From Lepidodermella squamata (lineage: Eukaryota; Animalia; Gastrotricha): a stretch of 64,000 nt of DNA. Shown here in pieces: positions 35,984 to 49,158 of this stretch (position 1 is the stretch's first letter; each line of letters opens with the position of its first letter). The DNA lies in the NCBI GenBank assembly GCA_047495785.1, contig JBLDXI010000031.1, positions 434,001 to 498,000 on the forward strand, given 5' to 3'. A program made the position numbers and the translations under genes. The notes below the pieces were generated by a model. The model did not search any database and was not told the DNA's origin. It saw only the letters and a program-made list of their open reading frames with translations.

Positions 35984-38647
35984 TTGAAAACGTTTCGAAA
36001 TAACAGCCAGAATTATGCTCCAGCATTATTCTTGCCCAGAAGTTAACGTTGTTTCGCACCCTGTCGGACACACCTTTCGCCAGTTACCATATAGGATTCT
36101 GAAAGTTTCGGAGGTATTATTGGAGAGGCAGGCATAATTGCCCTCTCAAACCTGTACGAGTATATCGAAAATATCCCAGGATGACATTCAATGTCAATAG
36201 TGATACATGTTGATATGGACTTTCGCGCAAAATTACTCGAGTGCATACGACAGATATTTATAAATTGCGTTTAAAAATGAGCAAAAAATTAACCACGCTA
36301 ACAACATCGCCCAGGCACCCGAAGTTAATTATTCAGTCGGCGCTGAAACCCTAAGCTGTAGCCTCGTGCACCTGCCGGTGGCACAGACTAGGGATTCACC
36401 GCCCACTTAATAATTTACTTAGGGTTGACGTTACCAATGCAGTCACGAACTAACGTAGCAGAAGCCGATGAGCGCAGCCAAAGGCACAACTGGGAGATAC
36501 CCAGGTTCATTAAGCGCAGAAACCTCAGCGGGCACCATCGGCGCCTACGCGGCTCTACGCATCGGCAAAGCAATCAGCCAGTGAATCGAGCTTTGTAAGA
36601 AAATCACGTGGCCACGATTACCCACGACATTACAGCTGTCTTTTGAGATTCAGCTACAATTAATTCAGCTAATGGCTCATTGATGAAGTAGTTCGAGGTT
36701 TTGAGCATCATAGCGTGTAAAATAAAACAAAATGACGTGGCCGCGTTCACTAAAGCCAGCTGAAAATCAGGTAAAATTACTTCAGGTTGAAGTGGCGTCA
36801 GGTTGATGAATTAGCTCAAATTGTTGAAAATTATAGCGTGTAAAGTAATATTACGCTGTTAGAAAAAGTTGAGAAATTATAATAAATTAGCCATGAAGTA
36901 ATGAGCTCACATCCAAGCAGCTTTTATACACAGGACAGCAATAAACACTATCGCTTACGGCCTATAGACTTATTGCTGACATGACTAATCACTCTTTTGA
37001 GCTCTTTCTTACTGGATAATTGCATTGCATGGGCCATGACCCTTGGGTCTTGATTGAGACCATTTGTAGATATCGATTTCCTCGCTCGCTCGCTAAATAA
37101 ATGCCGCAAATGTCCAGTGAAGTTCTCCGACGCAGTTTAAATGATCCTTTAACCTTCAGATATCCAGTCACAGATAGCTACGTCCCTGCCCGGGACTGCC
37201 AGTCGAGGCAGGTACAACCCCATTATTGGGCTCATTTACGATGACAAGCTTTCAAGCCTCATATTGACCACGACTAACAACGGTGGGGCGTAAATTTCGT
37301 GGTTTCACACTGTCGTGCGTCTTCCGGGCCTGTCTTTGAGATGGCGGTCTTCGAGCTATTCTACACGTCCGACCGGATTTCTACCCTTGAGCAACGCTGT
37401 CGCTTGCGTAGTATCTCCACCTTTCTGGCCACCGCTCAAGGTGGGTATTCTGACACTTTTGTTCGATCTGCGATATCTGTCAATCTCATGTGAACGGTAA
37501 ATTTACCGTCAGTTTGATTACGTGATTGATGACCTAATAGCGAGACCCATATCGCGGCAAAATTCAACGACCTGCTGTGCTTTCAAAGCAATGAGACGTT
37601 TCAGCAATAAACTTTGAATTAAAATTCTATGATGGCATTGCGAAAACCACATTTCCATTTGATATGCAACTAAATAAATGCGGCTCGGGTGAATTTAACC
37701 AATGGCTATCAGTTCTTTCTTCTCTCTTTTCAGAGTCATCTGCTTGACTTTTTCTTCAGCGTTTGGTATCAGGAAATTAGCGTGACTCATCCGCCGCCCG
37801 CGGGTGGCGGTGATATTTGAAAAAAATATTCTGAAAAACAAGAACGGAATCAGCAAAGTCAAATTAGGCATTCGGCTTGTTGAGGGAAATCGCAGCTTAA
37901 AGCGGTTTCCACAAAATCTTATTTCTTTTTGCAAATATTGACATGGCAGCCGAAAATTGAACAATGTTATTTCATGACTAATAGAACCCCCATTTCTCCA
38001 TAGGAAAACATTGCGAGCTGAATCTGAGTTTTGGACCTCTATTCCACCTGAAACCCTTTGATTCAGCCCGTAAGAGCTGATTTGTTTCCGAAATTTCCAG
38101 CTCTAAGCTTCTCGCCTTCAGGTTTCACCGGTTCACCGCTGCTCTCTGAGGGATCATTCTTATTATGAATTTTGCTTATGAATTTTGGAAAATTTTCGAA
38201 AAGCGACATTTTTGCCCAAATTAACTTCTGAACTACAATTACGTTGTTTTCATGACTTATATTCCTCAATTTTTGGTGTAAAAAGCAAGAATAGCTGACC
38301 ATCATGTTAGTTGAAAATCTGAGGCTGAGCCTGAGCGCCCGCTGGGAGGATTGTTTAGTGCGTTTATCCTGCTACGAAGCCATCTGCTTTGTGGGGGAAC
38401 CCAGCACAGCAGCGAAATGGAAGGACTCATCAGTTTGACTAATAGCATTTAAGCGGCACTCGGTTGAAGTCTGACATATAACCAAAAAGCCCTGTATTCT
38501 GTTACAGCTCTTTTATTCAATATATAATCGCGGATTGAGGAAGAGATTGAAGTTAAGTTCAAAGGCTCAATGATAAATACTGCATGAAAATCGATGTGTA
38601 GATACAGCCCTATTATGTTAAAGCCTGCAATTACCTGGGGTAATCGA

Positions 38648-39597
38648 TTATGGTAAACCTTCACACATTTCCATACCCGAAACGCCATATACAGGTGTTA
38701 GGGTTACGAAAACATCTGTATTATATCCCGATTTTGCGACCAGGGCGCTGCAACCTGCAAATGTAGCCGCAGCAAAACTCGTTAACTTTGGCTGAAATCA
38801 TCAATAATTTCACTTTTCAAACTGATGAGCGAAAAATGCTAGCTCACCATTGACGTTACAAGAACGTTACCAGAACTGAAAGCTGTGTGGGGGAAACGAA
38901 CGCACTGGGCAGAGGCTGACGCAGTTGTATCTGAAGCTGTTATTTTGTAAGGCTTCGAATCAGTTGATCCAATGCACGTTAAAATGCCAGCTTTACTGAC
39001 TCCTTGTGGGATGACTTCGTAAGCGATATTGCCAAGTGTCCCCGAGGCTAAGCAGCAATCGGTAAATGTGTTGAAGGTGTTTGGCGTGTCAGAAGCAGGC
39101 TGGCGACACAAATTGGTCTGACGTTATGATGCACAAATACAAAAATTACCGTAGCAGGAGGTGATGCTGCGAGATAAGCTGTACATGAAGCCCCGGCGAC
39201 GTTGTGGCAAAATTTGACAGTTTTAGATACCGCATTGGGGCCACGGACAGTCCCTTGGGTTTCCATTGAACATAATTGGTAAACAGCCTGAGTGGGAAAT
39301 TGAAGAAGAACCTTAATTTGTATGATAAATGCAACTTACCGGAACTCCAGCAGCTTGGCAAGTCTGACCACCTGTAGCGCACTGACTGTCGGTTTTGGCG
39401 ATGCAGTTCTTGCTGGTGCTATCGCAGACATTAGCGGTGGGAGCGCAGGTTTGACCAGTGGCGCAAGTGCTGGAAGAAATGGCTGGGCATGTTGGGCATG
39501 TCGCAGATGTTGGGCAAGGAGTAGTTGTAGTCGATGCAGGGCAAGCCGTGACAGCGACACAGACGGAAGCGATGATAGCAAGGGTAAGGTAGTCCAT
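38648..39597 (-). CDS. Secreted Cys/Thr-rich protein, type C, copy C2
   Basis: Four exons as in C1, with a 32-bp intron at 39118-39149. Exon 1 is nearly identical to C1; ends MEMCEGLP*. Confidence 0.85.
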
Positions 39598-40821
39598 TTG
39601 AAATTACAGCCAGAAATATGATTTTGCATTATTCCAGCCCAGAATTTAACGTTGCTTCGCACCATGTCAGACACACCTTTCGCCAGTTACCATATAGGAT
39701 TCTGAAGGTTTCGAAGGTATTATTGTAAAGACAGGAATCATTGCTCTCCCAATACTGTACGAGTATATCGAAAATATCCCAGGATGACATTCAATGTCAA
39801 CAGTGATATATGTTGATATGGACTTCATGCAAGATTTCGCGCAAAATTACTCGAGTGAATACGACAGATTTTGAAAAAACGTGTTACCGTATAATGGGCA
39901 AAAAATATAAACTACGCTAACAACATCGCTCAGGCACCCGAAGTTAATTATTCAGTCGGCGCTTAAACCCAAGATGTTGCCTCGTGCACCTGCTAGTGGC
40001 ACAGCCTGGGGATTCACCGCCCACTTGATAGTTGACTTAGGGTTGACGCCACCAATGCAGGTTCATTAAGCTCAGAAACGTCAGCGGGCACCGCCGGCGC
40101 CTACGCGGCTATCACTAATCAGCCAGTGAACTTTGTAAGAAAAATCACATGGCCGCGATTGCCCGCGGCTTTACAGCTGTCTGCTGAGATTCAAGTAAAA
40201 TTAATTCTGTTAAAGGATCAATGACGGGTAAGTGGCTCAGAGTGTTTGAAAACTTAGCGTGTAAATAGTATTATATACTTGTATATAAAATACACAAGTT
40301 GGTAATTTGTAATGAATTAGTAAATAAAAAAGAGCTTATAGCCATGCTGTTTTTATACAAGACAACAATATCGCTTACGGCAGCCATGACTGTAATTACT
40401 CAAGAACGAAGGAACTTTCGTACTGTTGTTCTTAACTAGTGATTATCTTTTCAACTAAACTATAGCCGCGGCAAACGGGAATCTACCCTGGACTATACGA
40501 CTAACCATTGAATTATAATTGATTATAATTGATTTACGTCAAACTCGACGCCTTAGAATTTGAATGCTGTTTTGATTACAATCGAGCCAGGTTTTCTGTG
40601 CGTTTGGTGATCTCTCCAGGTAACCATAGCTTGTAAACTCTTATAGTCGACCTTCAGCATATAATTTCCTCGCTAGCCAGATGGCGCTGAGTACGCAACC
40701 ACTAAATCAACGCCAAAAATGCTCTGTTCTTCGAAGCATCATCAGTTTCAACTACTCGAATGTAAGGAATATTATTTTGGACTTGTTGTCACGGATTACT
40801 CATTTATGCAGGATACCTGGC

Positions 40822-40963
40822 GATTTCTAACGGGCAAAGGGGTAGTCAGAGCGAATGGGACAAGCTAATTTCAGCTCCGTGACTAGCAATGAACCCGGCG
40901 AAGCAAGGCGGAGCGGCAAGAAATCCAACAATTTCCCAGCTTTGAACTGAAGAAAATAGTCGA
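40822..40963 (+). pseudogene. Relic of the C-terminal tail and 3' UTR of an R-D-like GPCR
   Basis: CAAGCTAATTTCAGC...GCGAAGCAAG...CCAGCTTTGAACTGAAGAAAATAGTCGAA matches 34475-34612. Confidence 0.75.
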
Positions 40964-41695
40964 AGGATGAACCAAAAAGCGACTTGAGCCGTAAAATCGC
41001 TGTTACTTGGTAACAGATGCAATTGTGGCTTGTGGAGTTCCGATTGCTTAGAAAGGCATTCATGTTAACAATATTATGTACTATAAAGCTTTAAAATATA
41101 TGAGGCTAGCCAATTCCAATTCGACCGAGATCTTTGATTTGCGAAGGAAGTTACACGCACGCATGGAAAAATGGAGCCTGTAGTAGTAGTTACTTTTCCT
41201 CTACTAGATTGCGGCCGTGAGGTTGCAAGTGGGACTGTTATTTGTCAAATTCCAGAATAGTCACTACATTCATCCTCTCCGGTTCAGAAATCCAAAACAA
41301 AACTCAATGTTGTCCCGCGCAATCGAAGCTGATTATTCATGCAAATCAGTTGTTTGAAGCATGTGACACGCAGCCGTCGCCTATGTCGGGCGTGCCATAT
41401 TTGTGAACTCGTTGAGCAAGACAAGGCTCAGTGAAAACCGCGCCAATGGGCACTTCTTAATTGCTGTTACCCAATCTTCACCGATTTATACATCGCCAAT
41501 GACGTTTCACTACGTGACATGACGGGGAAATCTGGCCAATTATAACAATGAATAGCAATTAATTGAATTTCCGAGGCTGTGCTTCCATGTCGTAACGTGA
41601 TCGCAGCTGATTATTCTCGAAATCCCTCTGATAAAGCTGGACTAGGGCAAAAAAGATCTTCATTTGACATTATTCAGGCTGTCTTGAACTCGAAA

Positions 41696-44512
41696 ATGAA
41701 AATTATTTTCTTTTTAACATTATTTGCCTCGTTTTTTGGGTTTATAATCGCCAAGGTTCCATTTCGAAGCCCTATGCCCAGTGAGATAACATCAACGTCG
41801 TACAAGTTACAGCTGAACGGCAGCTTCGCTGGGAAACCTCGACGGCCGTTGAAAATGATGGCGTCCATAAACTACGCCAGCCCTCTTTTCTCGCTCGGGG
41901 CTATGTGTACAGAATCAATGCAACTCGCCCTCGATAACATGCGATCTCTTCCGAATTTCCTGGAAGACTACGAGATTGTTATCGAACCTCACGAAGATCT
42001 GGTTGGTTTACTTGCATCTATTCCGTGAAAGTGCACAATTTTTGATATTTTCTAGTGCGCCAGACAAGTTGCAATATCAACCTACGTCAACTACCTTCAA
42101 AAGTCTACAATGAAAGGTGGCGGGGTTCTGCCCTTGAATTTAGCCTCATTTTGTCCCGGAAACAGCCATACTGGGATGATTTCAGTACATCACAATGTTC
42201 TTCAAGTAAGGATTCCCTTTTCATACATTTCTATTCATAATTCCGGTATTTCCTAGCTTACCGAGGTCAGCGCAGCTCCGGAAACCTACAACAACCGTCA
42301 GCTGTATCGGAATCTGTACCTCATGATGCCGTCTCCGAGCGCTGCCGTAGAATCCGTGGCCTGGTTTTGTCTGAAGATGGGCTGGACACGGCTTTTCATG
42401 TTCTCAGAGAACGTCGACTACGCCATTGAACACGAATCACGAATCATCGCTGAATTCGACCGACTCAATGTTACCTACTCGTTTCAATCAGTCAAAATCC
42501 CGTTTCAGGGCGGTTTACCTCCAGATTCTGAGGCTTTGGAGAGAGGAATTGGGGAACTTGCTGCTTTGAAGCCTAGGATCATGCTGTTCGAGATGACTAT
42601 CTTTTCCCGAGTCGCGTGTTGGCTGCATCGGTATGGCATCTATGGTCCCAACTACGTCATTTTGATCACAAGTGGTGGCTTGATTGATGAAAATGATTTC
42701 CTGCGCTTCATGCCATGGTGCACTCCTCAAATGCTGCGAGATGTCTTGCAAAGTGTGATTAGCTATGGCTATTCCAATATTATGAACAGTATGACTGATG
42801 GTGGAGACTCCTACAGCGACTACACCGGAATGACTGGTAAGCAGTATGACGAAACCTTGAAGCAGTTGGTCGATCGACCTGAGAGACAACCCGTTTGGTT
42901 CTTCTGGCGCTCATTCTGCTACGACAACGTCATAGCAGCGGGCTACCTACTAAACGCAACTGAGACCGTGCTGAGAGCCAAAAATGAAACCTTGGCTGAT
43001 TGGGAGATGTCTGGCTCAAAGTTCCAATCCGACGGGAAAGAAATCGTATCGGCTATGAAGTCGATCCTGGACAAAATGCAGCTCAATACCCTCCTAGGAG
43101 AGGTTACTTTCGACAGTAGGATGCAGTTTGCCTATTCCCAAGTCCAACTTAGCGATAACGAATCGAGCTTCACAAATTCTGATGTGAAGAGACTAGTAGC
43201 AGTTCCTATAGCTACCTACAGTGTTGACCAGAATAAGCAGAAGTCTCTAGTTTTCGGACCAGGGAACTTCGTCTGGAAAACCTGGAACGGACTAGCCCCA
43301 GAGGACAAGTTGAAAATTTTGGAAATTGAAGTACCACTGTTCGATTTGTCGTCCTACGTCATTCTGACCACACTGAGCAGCTTTGCCGCGTTAGTTCTCC
43401 TGATAGTTTCTGGGATTCAACTGCATCTATGGTACAAACATGGCCGAACTAATTATGAGCATCGAATGACCGCTGGGAATTTCCTCATCTTGATCGGCGA
43501 TTTCTTCCTACAGCTTTACGTGCTGATTCAACCATTAGAAGCTAGCCCTGGCGTCAAAGGCGCTGCTTGCATGGCAGCGTTTGAGGTGCTTATCATCGGA
43601 GTTGGTTTAATTTTGTTCGGAATGCTGGCGAAGTTCGAGTTTCTCGATGCTGAACCGTTCGAGCAACCTAGGCTATCGGGCTGGACGAAGGTCAAAGATT
43701 TAACCAGGAAATCTCAGCCTGCAAAGTTCAGCGAAGTGTCAATTACGATTAACCCGTCAATCCTACCGAAATACGAGTCCTTTCCGCGCAGAATTCGTCG
43801 AATGATTGCTTTTGGCATCGTTGCGATCAGCGCCGTAGTCGGAATGTCTATCATTCGATTCTCAGTCAGTCCATTTCAGTTGATCCAATCCGTTGATCAG
43901 GATTATGTATACGAAGAGAGTCGCGGAGCTACATTAGCGTATCAATTCTACAAAAAGGAATGTATGATTCCTGGCGGCATGACGTCTTACGCTACCACGG
44001 CTGTTATAGCTGCTATTTTCGGAATCATTGTCCTTCGATCTTGTTATTTGGTCGTTAGGCTTAGCAAGGTAAGACAAATATCTAGAAACTAATTCTAATT
44101 TTTATAAACTTTCCTCTATTTCTCAAATATTTTCTTTCGGATCAGGCATAATAATTCTCTGTTAATTTTTCAGAAGAAAAATCGCGAATATAAACTGCTG
44201 ACAAATTGCTTCTACGGCACTGTTATCCTACTGGCTTGCGGTTGTCTCATCTGTGGGGTGATTTTCCAAGGCGACGAGATGAAACTCCGCCTCAGCCTGT
44301 CATCATTTGTCCTAGTTCTACCGATGTTAAACGTTGGGGCAACCATCGTGCCAGAAATGGCAAATTTCAAAAAATCTCTGCGGCAACGCATGTCTTCAAT
44401 GCATCACATATTCGCTGGTGTTCGTCCATCTACGGTGCTCTTGGCTTTGATGCAGCGTCGATCTACGATAGCAGAACATCGGAACAGTGTATCGGCCCAA
44501 ATTGAACACTAG
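41696..44512 (+). CDS. Class C GPCR (GABA-B-like) 'R-E'
   Basis: Signal peptide MKIIFFLTLFASFFGFIIA; introns near 42002-42055, 42207-42256 and 44069-44173; VFT plus 7TM. Confidence 0.9.
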
Positions 44513-44707
44513 ACAGGGTCAAATTCAAACTTGGATCAATGTTAGCCAGTTTGATCCCTCTTTGATGCTTATGCTTAAGAAATTAGAATAAAATAATGTT
44601 TTAGCTCCGTAAATTTATGCTGCAGCTATTTTATTCAGCCTACTTCGCAAATGGAAGTAGCGAAATGTCGATATTTAAATAAAATTAGGCCGCGCATTGT
44701 TTGAAGC

Positions 44708-44947
44708 TCATTCCGTTTGCCAGCATTCACACTTCTCCTGCGATCTAGCCAAATAGTACTTGCAATTTTCGTCGCACAGCATGTAATTCCGATCTGGGCA
44801 GCCGCATTCCAAGTTGCTATCAGGCATAGCGTTCTTGCATTCTTCGGGGCAGTATTTTAAGACGGTTTGTAACCCTGAAGTTGATTGGAGATGCAGGACA
44901 GCGACAACTGCGACGAGGGCTGTCCAAACTAGCAATTTGTAGTTCAT
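44708..44947 (-). CDS. Small secreted 8-Cys peptide P1 (79 aa)
   Basis: Signal peptide; C-x3-C-x10-C-x-C-x7-C-x3-C-x10-C-x-C; clear paralogue of 50965-51210. Confidence 0.88.
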   Translation of the reverse strand: MNYKLLVWTALVAVVAVLHLQSTSGLQTVLKYCPEECKNAMPDSNLECGCPDRNYMLCDENCKYYLARSQEKCECWQTE

Positions 44948-45262
44948 TTCTAAGAGCTATCAGAATTCTGCTAATTTTTATCTCGGCGAATCGCAGAAAT
45001 GTTGTCTAGAATTCGCATCACGTTTATGTTGGGATTAGAGTCTAGACATAATTCTCTTGGCAAAAGAGAAAGGGCTCTGTACCAAATCTTCAGTTGAGAC
45101 TTAGTTTCGAGACGAATGGTGCAATTAACGTGATATCGGGTTATCGCTGAGACACTTAATTCCAGTAATTAGCCTCTCTATTCTTTATAATAAGCTTTTT
45201 TGAGAATGAAATGATCACCACTGCTAACTCACTTGCTGAAGTTCTCGATTTCCCCGGAGAAA

Positions 45263-45574
45263 ATGCTGAAAGGATTGATCCTATTTGCGGCAATGTTTTA
45301 TGTTGCAACTGCGCAAACAACTCAAGCGGTAAACGGAACTAAAATCTTTGATTTCTTCAACGCAACTGAATCGGAGCTGCAAGACTTCTTCAATAATAAC
45401 CGCCGACTTTGTCCTGGCTACTGTGAACATGCGGCTCCGATGCCGCCCGATTTCATGTGTGACTGCCGCGGAGAATATTACGGTAAAATGAAATTCTGCC
45501 CAGCTGAGCATTCTTACTGTGTCTTCTCGCACTATTGGCAAGAAACGGATGAAGCATGTAAATGCGAGGATTAA
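45263..45574 (+). CDS. Small secreted 8-Cys peptide P2 with a pro-region ending in RR
   Basis: Signal MLKGLILFAAMFYVATA; CPGYC...CDC...CPAEHSYC...CKC; AATAAA at ~45647. Confidence 0.82.
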   Translation: MLKGLILFAAMFYVATAQTTQAVNGTKIFDFFNATESELQDFFNNNRRLCPGYCEHAAPMPPDFMCDCRGEYYGKMKFCPAEHSYCVFSHYWQETDEACKCED

Positions 45575-45798
45575 TCGACCTTCTGTGTCATATTTGTGAC
45601 TCATCCGAGAAGTACTTGACCCTTGGAGTGTTTTGAAATCGAATTTAATAAATTGCTATTTTGTTGACTGATGGTTGTTCAGGAATGCAAAACGCAGCGG
45701 AACTCAAGCAGTTCCGATTTTTTTGAATACAAGAACTTAATCTTACATGCAAGGGTCCAAATATTCTTGCCCAGATATTATTCCAGTCAGGTTCAGGC

Positions 45799-45942
45799 AC
45801 GGTGCGAAGTAGGATCCGGGAGCTGAGGTGTTTTCTACTTGTTTTCTAGCACCCAGCTGAAGAAACTTGTGGTTTTTTCAGCCTTCCTATGGTTGGAGTC
45901 CGGGAGCTGGGGTGTCCAGCACCCCTGTACTTCGCTCCACTT
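45799..45942. mobile_element. Degenerate short MITE
   Basis: Imperfect inverted ends GCGAAGTA and TACTTCGC, with an internal GGGGTG..CAGCACCCC hairpin motif. Confidence 0.4.
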
Positions 45943-46599
45943 CAGGTGTTTGCAGCGTAAATGAACCCAAAAGGTAAGCCAGAACAAGATTTTGTGAGCA
46001 GGACACGACCTAAATGATTACCCGGATGGATAAACACGATCCTTGCATAGCTTTCATTATTTGTATAGCCTTCCGCCTTTTCCCATAGAAAATATCTCAC
46101 AACATCGAAAGATAAGTCATATAATTCAAAAGCAATCAGATGTTGCGCAATCCTTCGATCGGTGGATTGAATATTGGGAAATGAACGTTATTGCCCGGCA
46201 AGTCTGGCATTTCTCCACATTTGCATTGCTCCTCTGATAAATGCGCGTAATACCAGCAAGATGAAGTTTCAGATATGGCCTAAAACGCGAATATGTCGCA
46301 CCAAACAGCGTTTTGAAAAAGTCATATGATCGGAAAAACCGATATAGATTCTGAAAGCCCTGGTTTCGGGCTACATTAGGAACTTACAATTTTTGACTTT
46401 CTCAGATGACGTAACACTTATTACGTCATGTCAAAATACTACCTAACAGGCGTGCCAAAAAAGTGTTTTAGAGCAAATTTTGCCACTTGATTGCGAGCAA
46501 AGTGTAACAGCTGGGCTTTTATCGTTTTGCAAGTGTGTGAAGGTTATGTCAACGGAGATTTCCTGAAAATTTCGGCGTCTTTTGACAAACAGATGTTGC

Positions 46600-48547
46600 G
46601 TAATTGTCAAATATCAAAACGCTGTCAAATGCCATCTGTCGGTGACAAAATTGATCTTCGTTGTAGTCAGCTCTTAGAATCCGTGAGTTATAGGCTCCAA
46701 ATATTTTTCTGAAATCCCCAGTGACCATATCTATTTAATTTGACACTTAAAAGCTATGTGGGAGTTCTCCGTATACTAGTAATCAGCGTCACCGAGGGAG
46801 AAAGTTTCTGTCGGTGACGCTATTTTTTTCCTGTCACCGACAGATAAATTAACTATTTTTATGCTGTTTAGTCGTTATTTCGGCATTTTATTGAATATTG
46901 AGTATGCCAGCAAAAAGCGGAGCTGAAAGGACTGCAAAATGGCGTTCTAATCTCAGTCAAAAACAAAAGGCGGACATTCGAGAACATGATCGACTGTACC
47001 ACACCGAAACACGGGCAGCAGAATCGTCTGCTGAGACGGAAAAGCGACGCAAGAAGGACAGGGAGAGTAAAAAAGCTACCTATGATATGAAAAAGGCAGC
47101 TAAAGCCGAAGTTGTCGATACACCAGTGGTGGAAGAGCCTGATGAAAGCCATGAAGAAAACAACGACTCGGCCTATTCGAGTCGGCAGCGATTAGGTCGC
47201 GATTATGCAAAACTCTGGAGAGCACTGCCGACAGATCCTTCGAAGCAGCAAGTTCTGGCCATGAAGCTAGCTAAGGACCAAGGTCTCGGCAAGCAATTAC
47301 CTAAGAGGCAATACAAGGGGCGACCGATTACCGAGCAATTGAAGGTATTAATTCAGGAAATATATGAAGAACATTCACGAGTATCGCCAAATCAACGTGA
47401 CGTCAAGCGCTAGTTACGGATGCGAGAACATTTGCCTCGATTTCTGAAGCTATTGTTGAGAACGTGCAATGCTTCTTTGTCAGCAGCGAAGCAGTGGATC
47501 GTTGCGAGCCAGAAGTCGGTGATGTCTGGGACGGTGAGGAATTAATTCAAAAAGAAGTGAAACAAATTCCCGCCACTCAAAAGCAACATTGCTTTCAAGT
47601 CATTTCACCTTATGTGATTAGCTACACTTCAATTTCGGACTCAAACGACTCTAAAACTCACGAGTTTCACGAAGAATCAAGTTTGCGACGAAGGCGATTC
47701 TCCACGGTCTCGATTGAGAATGATGATGATGAAATGGACGTGAGCTTTTCCAATGCTCTCTCCAGCACAATTGTGGATCGGCCAAAAAGCGCATTCAAAC
47801 GCCCGGCTCCTATTTCGCGAGCTGGTTCAGTGAAAAGACCGGCAACTGCTGCAGCTAAAAGACCGGCAACTGCTGCAGCTAAAAGACCGGCAACTACTGC
47901 ATCTAAAAAACCAGCAACTGCTTCAGCGAAAAGATCAGCAACTGCATCGAAAGTCGACGATTCATTCGACGATTCATCATCTGACGAATCTGACCAAGAA
48001 CCGCTGACCTATCTGAAAAGTAAATGTGCCAGGTGCGACATAAGCTGGTCGGAATGGAAAAAACAATCGAAGGAAGGTCAGGAATGGGGCCTTTGCAGCT
48101 GGTGCTTCGAATGGTTCTGCTTTATCTGCTCTCGAAAGGCCAACTCAAAGTTCATCTGCTCGGAATGTCAGGACTAACAATTATTTTGCTGTCACTGCTT
48201 TTTTCCCCTCCTTATACTCCTATGTATTGATTCTCGAGTTGTTATGTGGTCATTACTAGTAAATATGGCGAAAAAAATCAATTTGAAAATGTCTTTTTAA
48301 AACCTCTATCGGTGACATTTTGCCTCCTCCGTCGGTGACGCAGTTTTTGTACCTCCCTGGCCTAATTTGAAATAAACTCGTCACTTTGTTTATGTTTTTT
48401 TATTCCTTGAACCTGTGCGGAAGTTTTAAAATTCATAAATAATCTTTTAAACCCAAATCTGATTAGGAAATTTAGTTGGAAAAAAATGCGAAAAACAGCA
48501 AAAACATTTTTTCTCCGTCGATGACGGCCCATTTTCGACCCACCCTG
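46600..48547 (+). mobile_element. Internally deleted DNA transposon, Sola2-like by recalled motifs; left boundary unresolved
   Basis: ORF1 has a basic N-terminus (YSSRQRLGR..RALPTDPSKQ..LA, SRVSPNQRD). ORF2 has FFVSSE, IPATQKQHCF, KRPATAAA repeats and a C-terminal PHD-like Cys finger. GTCGGTGAC repeats occur on both sides. No catalytic core. Confidence 0.6.
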
Positions 48548-48682
48548 CAATGACCTTGAACTCGGTTGAGTCGCGGATAGGCTTAAAACATAGCCCTAAG
48601 TGGCATACACACGTTATTAGAAGCGCTCAAGAAAATACATCGCCGTTGCCTGTGAAAACTGCCTGATGTGTCGAAAAAAAAG

Positions 48683-48904
48683 TTAATCTTCTCTGTCGGT
48701 AACTCGTGTTTTAGGCCATATCGGGCATCGTTTATACTCAGGCGGACAGCCGCAGTCTGCCTGCAGATTTTCGTCCATAATCACTATGGCTTGGGCGCAC
48801 TGATCGCTAGGAGGGCAGTGGCGCATTCGAGCGATTGGCGGATTTTCTATCGGAGAGGCAGATATAGCGGCTACCAGAGAGAAGATCGTCAAAATGCGTC
48901 TCAT
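48683..48904 (-). CDS. Small secreted Cys peptide P3 (5 Cys; truncated or spliced C-terminus)
   Basis: Signal MRRILTIFSLVAAISA; HCPPSDQC...DCGCPPEYKRCP matches the first half of the P-family framework. Confidence 0.65.
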   Translation of the reverse strand: MRRILTIFSLVAAISASPIENPPIARMRHCPPSDQCAQAIVIMDENLQADCGCPPEYKRCPIWPKTRVTDRED

Positions 48905-49108
48905 TTTTAGGAAGAATACGATGCTAGGGAAAGTTTTAGTGCAGTATATATTTTGAAAAGCCTAAATCTGTCTAGACAATGAGCCCTACAATACCCACTA
49001 AATGTATGTCTTGAGTCTTGATTACCGTATTGCCCACTTGATAAAACAACTCTTTGCACCTTTTTGATGGGATATGGGATACCCACTATGTAATCCCCTC
49101 GACACCCC

Positions 49109-49158
49109 ACGAGGAACACACGAGGAACACACGAGGAACACGAGGAACACGAGGAAAC
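49109..49158 (+). repeat. Short minisatellite (ACGAGGAAC[AC]) x5
   Basis: Directly visible tandem units. Confidence 0.9.

Larger units (their letters stand above)
34840..40390. repeat. Tandem segmental duplication of the C gene with ~1 kb upstream DNA (~34840-36965 and ~38500-40390)
   Basis: Upstream 36000-36965 aligns with 39600-40390, and the 3' flank 34850-34910 aligns with 38510-38575. Confidence 0.88.

Noticed and set aside
12324-39597. Antifreeze protein, metallothionein or Ly6/three-finger identity for the Cys/Thr-rich proteins
   Set aside because: There is no regular TCT 12-mer periodicity and no terminal CCxxxxCN motif, and the proteins are secreted and too long for metallothioneins.
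49109-49158. CRISPR-like array, here or among the repeated exons
   Set aside because: No repeat-spacer structure and no cas genes; the DNA is eukaryotic.
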